From Tetramitus jugosus (Eukaryota; Protista; Heterolobosea), in contig OW569378.1 of assembly GCA_937625935.1 (NCBI GenBank), positions 186,001 through 250,000 on the forward strand: a DNA stretch of 64,000 nt. Reading direction: 5' to 3'. The notes below the pieces were generated by a model. It was not told the DNA's origin and did not search any database. It saw only the letters and a list, made by a program, of their open reading frames with translations. Of the stretch, positions 10,366-20,167 are shown in pieces. How positions within the stretch are numbered: position 1 is the first letter of the stretch; the number at the start of each line of letters is the position of its first letter. A program made the translations under genes and the position numbers.

Positions 10366-11760
10366 TCACGAGCTGCGTCCTTTTCTGGGCTGTGCTGGAA
10401 CGAGAAGAAGGCTTTGTTCGCTAGCACTTGATAGAGAGCTTGTTCTGCTCCTTGGTTCTGCGTGCTCCTCGCCAAACTCAGGTGCAGAGAAGACAAAATA
10501 CAGGGAGAAGCTGAGCAATTCACAGACAAAGTCAATCGCACCCTTTGTGATCCAGAATCCAAGGGTGACACGGAACTCTTCTGTTGAGCCAGGGTTCTTC
10601 TTTGTAAAATGTGAGTGGAACACTGCCTGATAAGTCTCAAAGTACACCAGAGAAAATATTGCATTAGACAAATAGATGGTAATGCACACAATTGTGAAGA
10701 CAAACGTTCTCTTGCGTTGCTTTGCCACATGTTGTACAAACGGATCAGATTGCTGCATGTCCAACTCTGTATTCCAATTGAACAGTGATCGTTTGCGAAT
10801 ATATGCATAAACAATGAACCAAATACCAAGCGAAAGACTCAGGAACATATCGAAGCCATATTGTATATGTATCAATCGCCGAAGAGCCCCGAAACATGTT
10901 TCTCGCAATTGATAAACATAATAGATTGTTAAGCCACAAATCGATGATTCAAATATCAACCACAAGGCACTAAAAACGAGAAAGATGACTCGAGATGCCT
11001 TCATCTTTCTCTCCACAACTGCATGTCCCAACCCGTGATGATATGACACGTGTTCACTCCAATACAGCGCTGTCAAAAAGTAGCAATTATGAACGAGAGC
11101 ACCTCCAATGATATACAAGCACATAAATATTGCAATCCACTTCAAAACAACAATGTTCACTCCATGAGAAATGTCCACACCACTGAATCCCAAAGTCTCA
11201 AACAACACAAATCGAATACCATAAAATGGAATCATTTGCCAGAAAAAGAACTGTTTCAACGCGTTCACATTATACTTTTTTGGCCGAAGCACAAACACTT
11301 CCTCTCTCGTACCGTTGTTGCCATCAACATCATCGTCTTCATCATCATCAACAACACATACCATATTGTTGTTCTGTTGTTGGATAAACTCATTGCCATC
11401 ACTTTCCATTCCACTTCCATGATGATTACTGCCACTGCTGTTATAACCTTCATAATAGGCAGAATGTGGATGTTGATAATCTTCATGTTCACTCTCACTG
11501 TTTGTCGAATAAGCAGGATAACCAATACCACTACTACTGGTTGGTGTCAATGATGAAAATGACCTTGTTTTTGTTGTTGTTGTACTCGCCAGCGTACCCT
11601 TGTTGTTGTTCTTTGGAGTGAGAAAAAATTGAAATTTGCCTTTTTGTTGCACATTGCCATTGTAGAGATCAAATAGCTTATAGATGGAGAAGATGAAGAA
11701 GAAAAAGTAGGGTATGCCAAGCACAATATTCACAATGTGATACCAGTGAAATGCTATCAT
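10366..11760 (-). CDS. Orphan multi-pass (about 7 TM) membrane protein, GPCR-like
   Basis: About 7 hydrophobic segments with a long acidic/Ser-rich loop after TM1; the ORF-track start at 11775 is TTG, first in-frame ATG is 11760. Confidence 0.65.
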   Translation of the reverse strand: MIAFHWYHIVNIVLGIPYFFFFIFSIYKLFDLYNGNVQQKGKFQFFLTPKNNNKGTLASTTTTKTRSFSSLTPTSSSGIGYPAYSTNSESEHEDYQHPHSAYYEGYNSSGSNHHGSGMESDGNEFIQQQNNNMVCVVDDDEDDDVDGNNGTREEVFVLRPKKYNVNALKQFFFWQMIPFYGIRFVLFETLGFSGVDISHGVNIVVLKWIAIFMCLYIIGGALVHNCYFLTALYWSEHVSYHHGLGHAVVERKMKASRVIFLVFSALWLIFESSICGLTIYYVYQLRETCFGALRRLIHIQYGFDMFLSLSLGIWFIVYAYIRKRSLFNWNTELDMQQSDPFVQHVAKQRKRTFVFTIVCITIYLSNAIFSLVYFETYQAVFHSHFTKKNPGSTEEFRVTLGFWITKGAIDFVCELLSFSLYFVFSAPEFGEEHAEPRSRTSSLSSASEQSLLLVPAQPRKGRSS

Positions 11761-12070
11761 GATGACAATGTACAAAACTGGGTTGATATGATTGGGAGTT
11801 GATGAGAATTGAAGGGGATGTCACCTGTGAGCTTTCGTTTTCTTGTGTTGGATGGGGGTGGAGAATTGTTGCTGCGTGTTTTCTTTCCCAGGACGAACTC
11901 AAAAAAGGCGAGCGAAAGCTGATTGTTTCCGGAGTTTTTTATTTACAACGCGAAATTGGAGTTTCTGTGCATCCTGCCCCTCAGGCTTCTTTCGCTCTCT
12001 GACCCTTACTTTCAAATTGGGATTAGCCGATTTACAACTATATCCATACAATCTACTCTGTGAATGCTTG

Positions 12071-12952
12071 TTATGTTTGATTCAGTTCCAAATACTCTGT
12101 GCCCATCCACCTGTCAAGGAAGCTCAAGTTTCCAAAGTTATATCTACCATCTCTGTGATGCATGGCGTGTCTTCCTACTTCGGCATTACTCTCCTCTGGT
12201 TGTGCTCTGTGCGAGCCAACATTGTGTCGTATCATGACAGCGGAGAGACCAATAGCTAGATAGTACTGAGGTCTCATCATCAATAGCACGGACCAAGAGT
12301 CAACCACTTGAATGAACAGCATCTCGAATAGTTGACAAAACTGGCAATAAGCCGGTCTGGAGTAGCGATACTTGTGATGCAACTTGTGAACATGAGGATA
12401 GATGGATGGCAAATGGGCTAACCGGTGGAGGAAATAAAAGGTGAATTCTTGAGTGAGAAGCCAAACGACTGGTGTGACCACAACTTCCCACATGGATATA
12501 TGTGCGATGATATCTCTCTTCAAATAGGATTGAGTGAAATAGTCGGCCATGCACAGAATACACACATTCACCAACGTGTTCAAACAACTGCGCAATGTTA
12601 GCTTTGGTATCTTGTGTGGCATTCTTTTGTAAACAGTCACAGAATCAATTGTCTCATAGTACAATATAAAGAACAGGAATGTAAAAAAGACAAACAGAGG
12701 AAGGAACCAAGTTTGTCGTGGTTGACCGGCGTTGTAATCTTTGAAGTAAAAGAAAACAATGACGGCAAGGTAGATCACCAAATCATAGATCTCATCCGGT
12801 ATATTGACAACACCAAGTAAGCTTAACCACTTGTTCACCAGAGTAGTGATGATTCTAGTCGACAGGTTTGATGCGCGAAGATTCTTGTTTGTTTCCACAG
12901 TGTTTTGTGGTGGTTCCTGTGGCTGCTTCTCAGCCGTAATAGTAGTACTCAT
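12071..12952 (-). CDS. Fatty acid hydroxylase / sterol desaturase superfamily protein (ERG3/ERG25-like)
   Basis: His boxes HRLAH, HKLHH, HNVGSH, HAMHH; C-terminal YNFG..FLDRWMGT; TM segments. Confidence 0.85.
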   Translation of the reverse strand: MSTTITAEKQPQEPPQNTVETNKNLRASNLSTRIITTLVNKWLSLLGVVNIPDEIYDLVIYLAVIVFFYFKDYNAGQPRQTWFLPLFVFFTFLFFILYYETIDSVTVYKRMPHKIPKLTLRSCLNTLVNVCILCMADYFTQSYLKRDIIAHISMWEVVVTPVVWLLTQEFTFYFLHRLAHLPSIYPHVHKLHHKYRYSRPAYCQFCQLFEMLFIQVVDSWSVLLMMRPQYYLAIGLSAVMIRHNVGSHRAQPEESNAEVGRHAMHHRDGRYNFGNLSFLDRWMGTEYLELNQT

Positions 12953-13377
12953 TTCAGAGGAAGCGCTTGAAGCGATGCAAGAGACAAAGGATCAATTATT
13001 GTGCGTTGGTGACTAAATGACTCTGTTTCAAACGAAACGAACCGGATTGCCCCGAGCCAAAAAATTTCCTCCAAATCTCCTGGCGTGTGATGGCATTGCC
13101 TCCTTGAGATTATCGGATACAATGATCAATGAATATGAATAAACTCTTCCCGTACGCGCAGTTCACATCACTTACTATTAATAAGTCATCCATGATCAGA
13201 AATGAGATCTAAGCAAAAGGCCAAACTGGCACAATTGTTTTCCCTTCTTTTTCTTGTGTCGTAGGAAAAACATGTTTCGCCGACTCGCCAAAAAATTCAC
13301 ACAACAAAAAAGCAGACACAACAAACGAACCAAAATAACAACAACAATAGCAAGAACAAAATCAATACAACACAAAA

Positions 13378-14177
13378 ATGAGTTCAGCATCAATAGAAAA
13401 TCAAGCAGCACAATTACGATCACAAGGAGAGCTACATCACTTTTATTCCGACCCTGTTCTAAGAACTCAAGTGTCAGAGCATTTGGACACGAGTGATGGA
13501 AGTCGTTTATTGACTGATGCCATGTCAATTGTAGGTGGAGGATACTGTGCTGCTGTAGGAGCAGGAACTATGCTTGGAGCTTACAATGGATTGCGATATG
13601 GAGAAAGTGGAAGTTTTAAGATTCGTTTGAATGCAGTGTTGAATGCAACTGGTAAGAGAGCGATCAAAATGGCCAACTCGACCGCAGTGTTATGTATGTG
13701 TGAGATCTCATATGATGTGTGTTTTTTTTTTCGTCGTGTGTTTCTTCTTTGATTTTTTTTTGTTGTCAAAATGAACAAAAATGAGAGAAAAAGCTAACAT
13801 GTATGTGTGTGTGTGTGTGTGAAAACATAGTGCTCATGTATCAATCCATGGACTTATTGATCGGACTACAACAACAAATTCCTGAAGAAGAAGACGAAGA
13901 AGGAAACATTATTATAAATCCATTGAATGAAGAAATTAAATTTAGACCTGCTCATGCAATGATTGCTGGTGCTGCTACAGGTGCCTTGTTCATGTCACCT
14001 GGAGGTATGGGAAAGTCCCTGAGAGGAGCCATCTACGGTCTCATTCTGTCCACTGCTCACTGTCTATGGAATGGAAGAATTTATGTCAATGATTACTTTG
14101 ATGAGATGAAGGAGAAGGAGAGAAGAAAACAGTTTGAACAAGCACAGACAACACAATCATTTACTGAGAGCGACTAA
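13378..14177 (+). CDS. TIM23: Mitochondrial import translocase Tim23 (Tim17/22/23 family), 2 exons
   Basis: Exons 13378-13693 and 13831-14177; intron GTATGT..GCTAAC..TAG; joined KIRLNAVLNATGKR...ANSTAVLLLMY and IAGAATGALF are Tim23-like. Confidence 0.75.
13804..13821. repeat. (TG)9 microsatellite inside the TIM23 intron
   Basis: Read directly from the sequence. Confidence 0.8.
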
Positions 14178-14252
14178 CTTTCATTTTTATATTAAACGTA
14201 CACGATTCTGTTTTTTTTTGAAAGTAATGATCATTGTAGTCGAGAGAGCTCA

Positions 14253-14800
14253 TTATTCATTGTCAGTTTCACCTTCCACAGAGATTCTTGAAATGCTGAC
14301 AAAGTTATCCCATCCACTCAGTATTTGAAAGTTAATGTAGTGAGCTAAAGTTCCTTTGAGATTCAGAACTTCGACTTGTACTTTGCCATCTCGCTCCTCC
14401 AAAATTGTGTCAAGTACTGTTTCGAATTGAGAAGCCACCTTCTTTGTCGATATAGAGATCACTAAATGTTTGACTGATGGTTTTCAGTTAAATGTAAAAG
14501 AACAAGAAGAAGATATGATTTTGGGTTACTATCATGCTGGGAGAGGTGTCAATTGGAGACTTGTCATGCACTTTACATACTGTTCGTGGAGTGAATCTCA
14601 ATCCGCGAGAGTCTAGCTAACGTCGGTCTCGTTGTCTCGTTATCATCCAGGTTCAATCGAAGCATAACCTCTTGTGGGAACATGCCTGTAGACACCCAAA
14701 AGGTTTCATTCTGATTATCAATAATGTTGCTCGCTGGATACCTGTCATCGTTCGACGTGGCAAGAACAACCTCGCATTTTCCGTTCTGTACAAAATCCAT
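14253..14800 (-). CDS. IFT25: Intraflagellar transport protein 25 (HSPB11), 2 exons
   Basis: Exons 14800-14581 and 14473-14253; intron 14580-14474 GTATGT..CAG; ATSNDDRYPASNIID...TFWVSTGMFPQE and ILSGWDNFVSI..ISVEG match IFT25. Confidence 0.85.
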
Positions 14801-15023
14801 TTGCAATTGGTCAGAATGTTTTGTGTTCAAGCTTGAACTTCTCTGTAAATCTTCCTTCTGAATCCTCCGCACTCGCACGTTTTTAGTGAAGTTTGACTGT
14901 AAATGTCCTAACGCTAAAGAATAAAAAAAGTTCCCCATGATGTGGTCTCGTGAAACACAAACTTGAGATTGGTCTCTCCAGACTACCAAGAGAGAAAAAG
15001 AAATTATTGTCCAAACCAGAAAC

Positions 15024-16304
15024 ATGACCGAACTGGCCACCTCACAACAAAATCCGCAGCACCGACAATCTGTCATCATAACTGATTTGATTACCTCGAT
15101 AGAGAACATACAGCAGTCTCAAACGACATACGATCCGTTCAAGCAGGAAGAAGGTATTCATGAACAGAACATAGAGGCCAACAAAAACTTGAATGAACAA
15201 GAATGGAAACAACAGTTGGATCAACTGCACTCCGAGTTAAAAAATGTGCAACAACTACTGTTTCAACAAGGTGGATCACCACACAACCACAGTGGCCAAA
15301 AAGGTTCAACGAGCACGGCTCCTCCTCCTGCGTTTCAACCTTCGGAAAATGAGCATTCGGATACCTCAGAAATTACTGAGCTGAATGATGAAGTTGCTTC
15401 GAAAATTACGAGTCAATTTTTTGCACATTTGCCACACGACCATAACGAGAGCAGTAGTGATGATCTCGAGGACAAAGGCAGAAATGAAGCTCAACAAGAA
15501 CGACGACTCCACGTGCAAGAAAATCAAGAAGAAGAGGAAACAAAGCTTACGACGAGCAATGGTCCGAGCTATGCAAGAAAGAGAAGGAGACACAGTCGAT
15601 TCCGAGCACAAATCATCAAGCAAGAAGAAGGAGATGAAAGTGATGAAGATGAGGATGAACCTATCACTCCAAGCTCTCGCTTTTACGTTCAAAGGCATAG
15701 ACATATTCCCTCCAGTGTGTTGTCAGGAACTCTGCCCCCAGTAACCACTACAGCAACTGGCAAGTTGGGTAGAGCTTTCCGCAAGAGAAATTATGCGTCT
15801 TTCTTAGGAAGTGTTGTGAAACATGAACCTCGGACGACCCTTAGCTCGCTGAATGCAAGTGATTCCCCCACTCCAACAAAGTACATACCACAAAAAAAGA
15901 AACAGACCACTGTAGATTCGACAAGCTCCCCCCAGCCCAGGTCAGAACACTCGATCGCTGCTGATTTATCGGACACAAACAACAAGCGGGTTTTTTCTCC
16001 CATCACGTCCCCTCCCGTCATTGGAAACAGCGCGGGTGTTACTTTCATCACCGTCGATGGAGAACAATACCTCACACACAAGGACCTTACGAAAATTACT
16101 AAAATCAAGTACCCACTGAATGAGGCTCTCGTTAAGAATTACAAAAAAGAATTCGGACAAGATGCATTCCTGTGGGTTGACTTGAGCATGCATGAACAAT
16201 TGTCCAAACAGCACCCAGGAATCAAAAAGAATCACTTCCAAGGCGTCAACAAGAGCATGAGACTCTTTTCAATCGACTTTATGAATTACCTGAAGAACAG
16301 GTAA
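15024..16304 (+). CDS. Putative DNA-binding nuclear protein, uncharacterised family (C-terminal ORF6N/KilA-N-like domain); paralogue of 44035-45033
   Basis: 426-aa ORF; low-complexity body with basic NLS-like RKRRRH; C-terminal 85 aa are 60/85 identical to the ORF at 44035-45033. Confidence 0.7.
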   Translation: MTELATSQQNPQHRQSVIITDLITSIENIQQSQTTYDPFKQEEGIHEQNIEANKNLNEQEWKQQLDQLHSELKNVQQLLFQQGGSPHNHSGQKGSTSTAPPPAFQPSENEHSDTSEITELNDEVASKITSQFFAHLPHDHNESSSDDLEDKGRNEAQQERRLHVQENQEEEETKLTTSNGPSYARKRRRHSRFRAQIIKQEEGDESDEDEDEPITPSSRFYVQRHRHIPSSVLSGTLPPVTTTATGKLGRAFRKRNYASFLGSVVKHEPRTTLSSLNASDSPTPTKYIPQKKKQTTVDSTSSPQPRSEHSIAADLSDTNNKRVFSPITSPPVIGNSAGVTFITVDGEQYLTHKDLTKITKIKYPLNEALVKNYKKEFGQDAFLWVDLSMHEQLSKQHPGIKKNHFQGVNKSMRLFSIDFMNYLKNR

Positions 16305-16750
16305 AATGCAAGAATGTGTTGTTCGTATTTTTGCGCTGATAGGCCTATCGTTTCAGGGTATGGATAACCACAAAAAAGGATTGACATGGTTGACAGCATC
16401 GTTCCCAAACGAGAATGTATTTGTCTAAAGAGGAAACAACCCCAGGCCAAATCCAAATAAATCTGTTGATACGCCGAGAAGAGTCAATTCTTGGTCTTTC
16501 CCTACTCCGCTGTCACCAGCTTTTCTCTTCAAGGAGGCCATCAATTTGCTCAATCACCAAGAAGAAGAAGTATTTCGCCACAGTCCATCTCCAACTTCTC
16601 CTACTTTTCGCCACCCAAAGAAACCAAAGAACACATCAACAACCAGTATAAACCGTCACCATACTCTTCAGAAACACCACTAAAAGAGAATTCTCTCCCA
16701 TCACACAGTTTCTTTCATTCCGCACCTTTATACTAACAAAGCAAAAAGAC

Positions 16751-18646
16751 ATGTCCACGACTACAACGCCCGCCAATAGCAGATCTAAAAAGTATGAAGA
16801 CCTCAAGCAAGGCTTCTTGCACATTCATTCAGACTTGATCATCAAGGAAGGCCCACTCAAGCAAAAGACTGGTCCATTTGGTTTATCTTGGAAAAGCTCT
16901 CACTTTGTGTTCGATGGGCACTGTCTTTACAGAGCAAAGCAACCCACTGGCCAACAAATTGCTGCTATTAGAGAAGCCAACTCTAATCTTGCTTCGACGC
17001 TCAGCAGTAGTCCAAGTAATTCGAATGATCCTATATGGCTCAAACAAGGTTACGATTACTTGAATGAACAGAGAAAGTTGTATAAGGTCGATTATGCCTA
17101 TGACAAGTATGTGTTTGTTCAGAGTAATCAGCATCCTTCTCAGAGTAGCTCCTCGTCGCCTCGCGTGTTCAAAGTCATGGATGGTGAAACGTTCACCAAC
17201 AGGAAATGGTCCATTGGATTGTTCTTTGATAAGGAATCTGGTTTAAATCCATTGTTCCTATGTGCTGACTCGGACAAGTCTCAAGCTCAATGGTTAGAAG
17301 CGCTTCAAAAGGCATTGGAGAAAGCTAGTATGGAAGCCAGTAGTTCTGTGGTGAACGCTAGCAGTGGTTCACTGAATCAAAGCAGCCATAGAGCCTCTAC
17401 ACAATCTGTAAATAATATTCACGTTGCAATTGAGGCCATGGTTGATCCTGCATTGATTAGTAATGCTTTTGGAGATATTCAATGCGTGAATCATGCCCTG
17501 TCAAGACTGTTTGGCTACACTCCTACTCAAATGTTGAACAAGAATGTGAGAGATTTGATGCCTGAGAAGATTGGAAAAGTGCATCACTTGTACATGGACA
17601 AGTACAGAAAAACTGGTTTAAAGAGTTTGATTGGTGTGCCCAGAGCACTTCCCATTCGGTTGTCCCATGGTACAGAAGTTCAAGTAGTTCTTTCGTTGGG
17701 TGAGATACCGAACAGTACAAATGCAGACAAGGACCGTTTCTTGGCTGTCATGAAAATGAAGGACGCTACCATTGACATTGAATCAGCAGATACTTCAACA
17801 GACTCAGATGTTTCACAACTCGATTATCAAAGAATTACTTCGATTGACACATCTGACTGCCTAGGATTATTGAACGAAAAGGTCGAGATGATGTTTAGTA
17901 ATCTAGAGAGAAGATCTAGTCCCATTGATCTGCGTATCAAGCTGTTGGAAGAACAGAATGCTAGATTGATTGCTGTGACAAGTGAGCAAGCAAGAGTTCT
18001 TCAACATTTGGAAACTGATTGCTATGAACACAACTCTGTTTCTGTGAAGAGGTCATATACAGACCTGTTGTCGAGCGTTCAATCAATGAAGAATCTTCTG
18101 TCTGAGAGTGATCGCAGTCTCTATCAAATTGCAACATCAAAGGACATGCCCGACTTGGATGTCATCATGCAACTACCTCTGCCTCTTAAGCACTTCCTTC
18201 TGTACGCTGCTATGGAACAGTCAACTGACAATCTAAAGTTCTACATGTATATTAAGAAGCAGTACGTGAAGGAGCAAAGTCTTGAGATGCTAGCTCTCAA
18301 GAAGGATTATGTGATGAACACGTTTATTTTGATTGGAAGTCAGCATGAGTTGAACATCTCATCCAATGAGAGAGTATTAATTGAACAAAACTACAGCCAG
18401 GCACGAGACTACCAGTCAGACAAAACCAAGGTAAAGAGGAGAGCGACTGCTGGAGGCACTGAAGAAGAAGATGAGGAAACATTGATTCGCAAGGAGCAAC
18501 ACTTCTTTGATTCGTTGCTTTGTGAAATCAAGGGTGTCTTGCTGGACACGTTCATGAGATTCAGATCACACGCAATGTTCACTACTATGAAGACCGAAGT
18601 TCTTGAAACCTTGCATGCCTTGCTGAAGTTAAGATCACGTGCTTAA
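16751..18646 (+). CDS. PH + PAS (FixL-like) + coiled coil + RGS domain signalling protein
   Basis: PH: IIKEGPLKQK..WK..HFVF...LFLCADS..SQAQWLEALQ; PAS: LFGY...NV.DLMPE...H..Y..Y..TG...IG..R; RGS: HFLLYAAMEQSTDNLKFY, FILIGSQHELNIS, DTFMRF. Confidence 0.85.
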   Translation: MSTTTTPANSRSKKYEDLKQGFLHIHSDLIIKEGPLKQKTGPFGLSWKSSHFVFDGHCLYRAKQPTGQQIAAIREANSNLASTLSSSPSNSNDPIWLKQGYDYLNEQRKLYKVDYAYDKYVFVQSNQHPSQSSSSSPRVFKVMDGETFTNRKWSIGLFFDKESGLNPLFLCADSDKSQAQWLEALQKALEKASMEASSSVVNASSGSLNQSSHRASTQSVNNIHVAIEAMVDPALISNAFGDIQCVNHALSRLFGYTPTQMLNKNVRDLMPEKIGKVHHLYMDKYRKTGLKSLIGVPRALPIRLSHGTEVQVVLSLGEIPNSTNADKDRFLAVMKMKDATIDIESADTSTDSDVSQLDYQRITSIDTSDCLGLLNEKVEMMFSNLERRSSPIDLRIKLLEEQNARLIAVTSEQARVLQHLETDCYEHNSVSVKRSYTDLLSSVQSMKNLLSESDRSLYQIATSKDMPDLDVIMQLPLPLKHFLLYAAMEQSTDNLKFYMYIKKQYVKEQSLEMLALKKDYVMNTFILIGSQHELNISSNERVLIEQNYSQARDYQSDKTKVKRRATAGGTEEEDEETLIRKEQHFFDSLLCEIKGVLLDTFMRFRSHAMFTTMKTEVLETLHALLKLRSRA

Positions 18647-19005
18647 GTTAATTGTTCAACAACATTGCTCCAATCCCGGCACAAGTGTGAAAGCACTTTC
18701 AATTTTCTCCCAAATGTACAGTAAATTCAAAAAGACGAATATCTCCCAACGTTTAGATAAATCTCCCCTATCCACCCGGATTTTTCGCGAACGTTGCAGA
18801 TGTGCCTGTTCGCACAACACCGGAAGATGCTTTTTTTGTTCGGTCATCATGCCCGCATGCTGCTGAACTCGATCAAAATTTTTTTGACCTTCCATTCCAC
18901 GAAGCAGAAAAAACATTTGGCTTTGCCTAAATTAATTAAAAAACCAAAAAGCAACATCAACTTATTATTCTTCTCTGTACATAACAAACCAACTCGACAA
19001 AAAAA

Positions 19006-19968
19006 ATGGATTGTGATATACTATTCAAGATTATTGTTATTGGATCTTCAGGCACTGGTAAATCCAATCTGATTCTGCGTTATGCGAGTGATCAGTTCTC
19101 AAGAGATCCCAGGTCTACGCTCGGTGTTGAATTTGCGTCCAAATCGACTGAGATTCGCGTGTTCCGGTACAGCGATGAAGAGCGGATAGCCAAACAACAA
19201 GAATTATTGGAACAACAACAACAGCAGAAACAAGAACAAGAAAAGCTATTATTGGAACAGCAAAAGCTTGAGAAAGAACAAGAGACAAAGATTGAACAAC
19301 AAGGAGAACAAGAAGAACAGGATCAGCAGCAACAAGACGAAGAAGAAAAAAGTGATGAAAATGTGTCAACAACCAACAAGAATGAAAGCTCTTCGGATGT
19401 TGTCGTAGCTGAAGCAACAACAAGTGAAGAATCAAGTCGGTCAGCTGAAGCAGCATCTGCGCTGGATGAACAAGTTGTCGTTCGCATCAAATCGCAGCTC
19501 TGGGACACTGCAGGTCAAGATCGATTCCGAGCCATCACCACTGCATTTTATCGAGGCGCACACGGCGCGCTGATTTGCTATGATATCACAAATCGACAGT
19601 CGTTTGACGATTTGGAAGAGTGGTTACTCGATTTAGCAAAAACTGGTGAGACAGAGTGTATCAACATGCTCGTGGGAACAAAGTCTGATTTGGCTCACAT
19701 ACGAGCTGTTCCTACCGCAGAAGCAAAGGAGTTTGCAGAGAGGCACAACATGTACTTTTTGGAGACATCAGCGCTGAATAATGCCAATGTAGATATCGCG
19801 TTCGATCACATGATTCATTCACTGTTTGAGAAGAATAGAAGAGCGATTATGACTCCGAGAGGAAACGGATTGGCGTTTATACCATCGGCACCGAATCCAA
19901 GCTCGAACGATGTGATCGAGATACACGAACCAGCAAAAGTCAGAAGTGGTGGATGGTGCTTCTGTTGA
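19006..19968 (+). CDS. Rab11-like GTPase with a ~106-aa Q/E-rich insertion
   Basis: GSSGTGKS, STLGVEF, WDTAGQDRFRAIT.AFYRGA, ETSA, C-terminal CxC (WCFC). Confidence 0.85.
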   Translation: MDCDILFKIIVIGSSGTGKSNLILRYASDQFSRDPRSTLGVEFASKSTEIRVFRYSDEERIAKQQELLEQQQQQKQEQEKLLLEQQKLEKEQETKIEQQGEQEEQDQQQQDEEEKSDENVSTTNKNESSSDVVVAEATTSEESSRSAEAASALDEQVVVRIKSQLWDTAGQDRFRAITTAFYRGAHGALICYDITNRQSFDDLEEWLLDLAKTGETECINMLVGTKSDLAHIRAVPTAEAKEFAERHNMYFLETSALNNANVDIAFDHMIHSLFEKNRRAIMTPRGNGLAFIPSAPNPSSNDVIEIHEPAKVRSGGWCFC

Positions 19969-20167
19969 TTACAATTGACTTACCACCTTATTTATGAACC
20001 ACTTTTGTAAAATGCATTTCAGAGTCACACTTTCTTCAACTTTGTTTCGTCTGTGTCAAAACTGTAAATTACGCCGGGTGTTCTCGGAAGAATGGAAATT
20101 CGGATCAGCAAGAACAAGTGTTGTCGGCAGCAAAAAAAGAAACAACCAGAAAAACAAGTTTGGCAGA

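Noticed and set aside
10119-10829. 236-aa ORF overlapping the 7TM gene in another frame
   Set aside because: Non-ATG start, no recognisable motifs, and it overlaps a better-supported CDS
19994-20167. N-terminal extensions in the ORF track (also 14801-15109, 22562-22735, 61761-61949)
   Set aside because: They run through promoter-like or A/C-rich leader sequence or overlap neighbouring genes; downstream ATGs match the family N-termini
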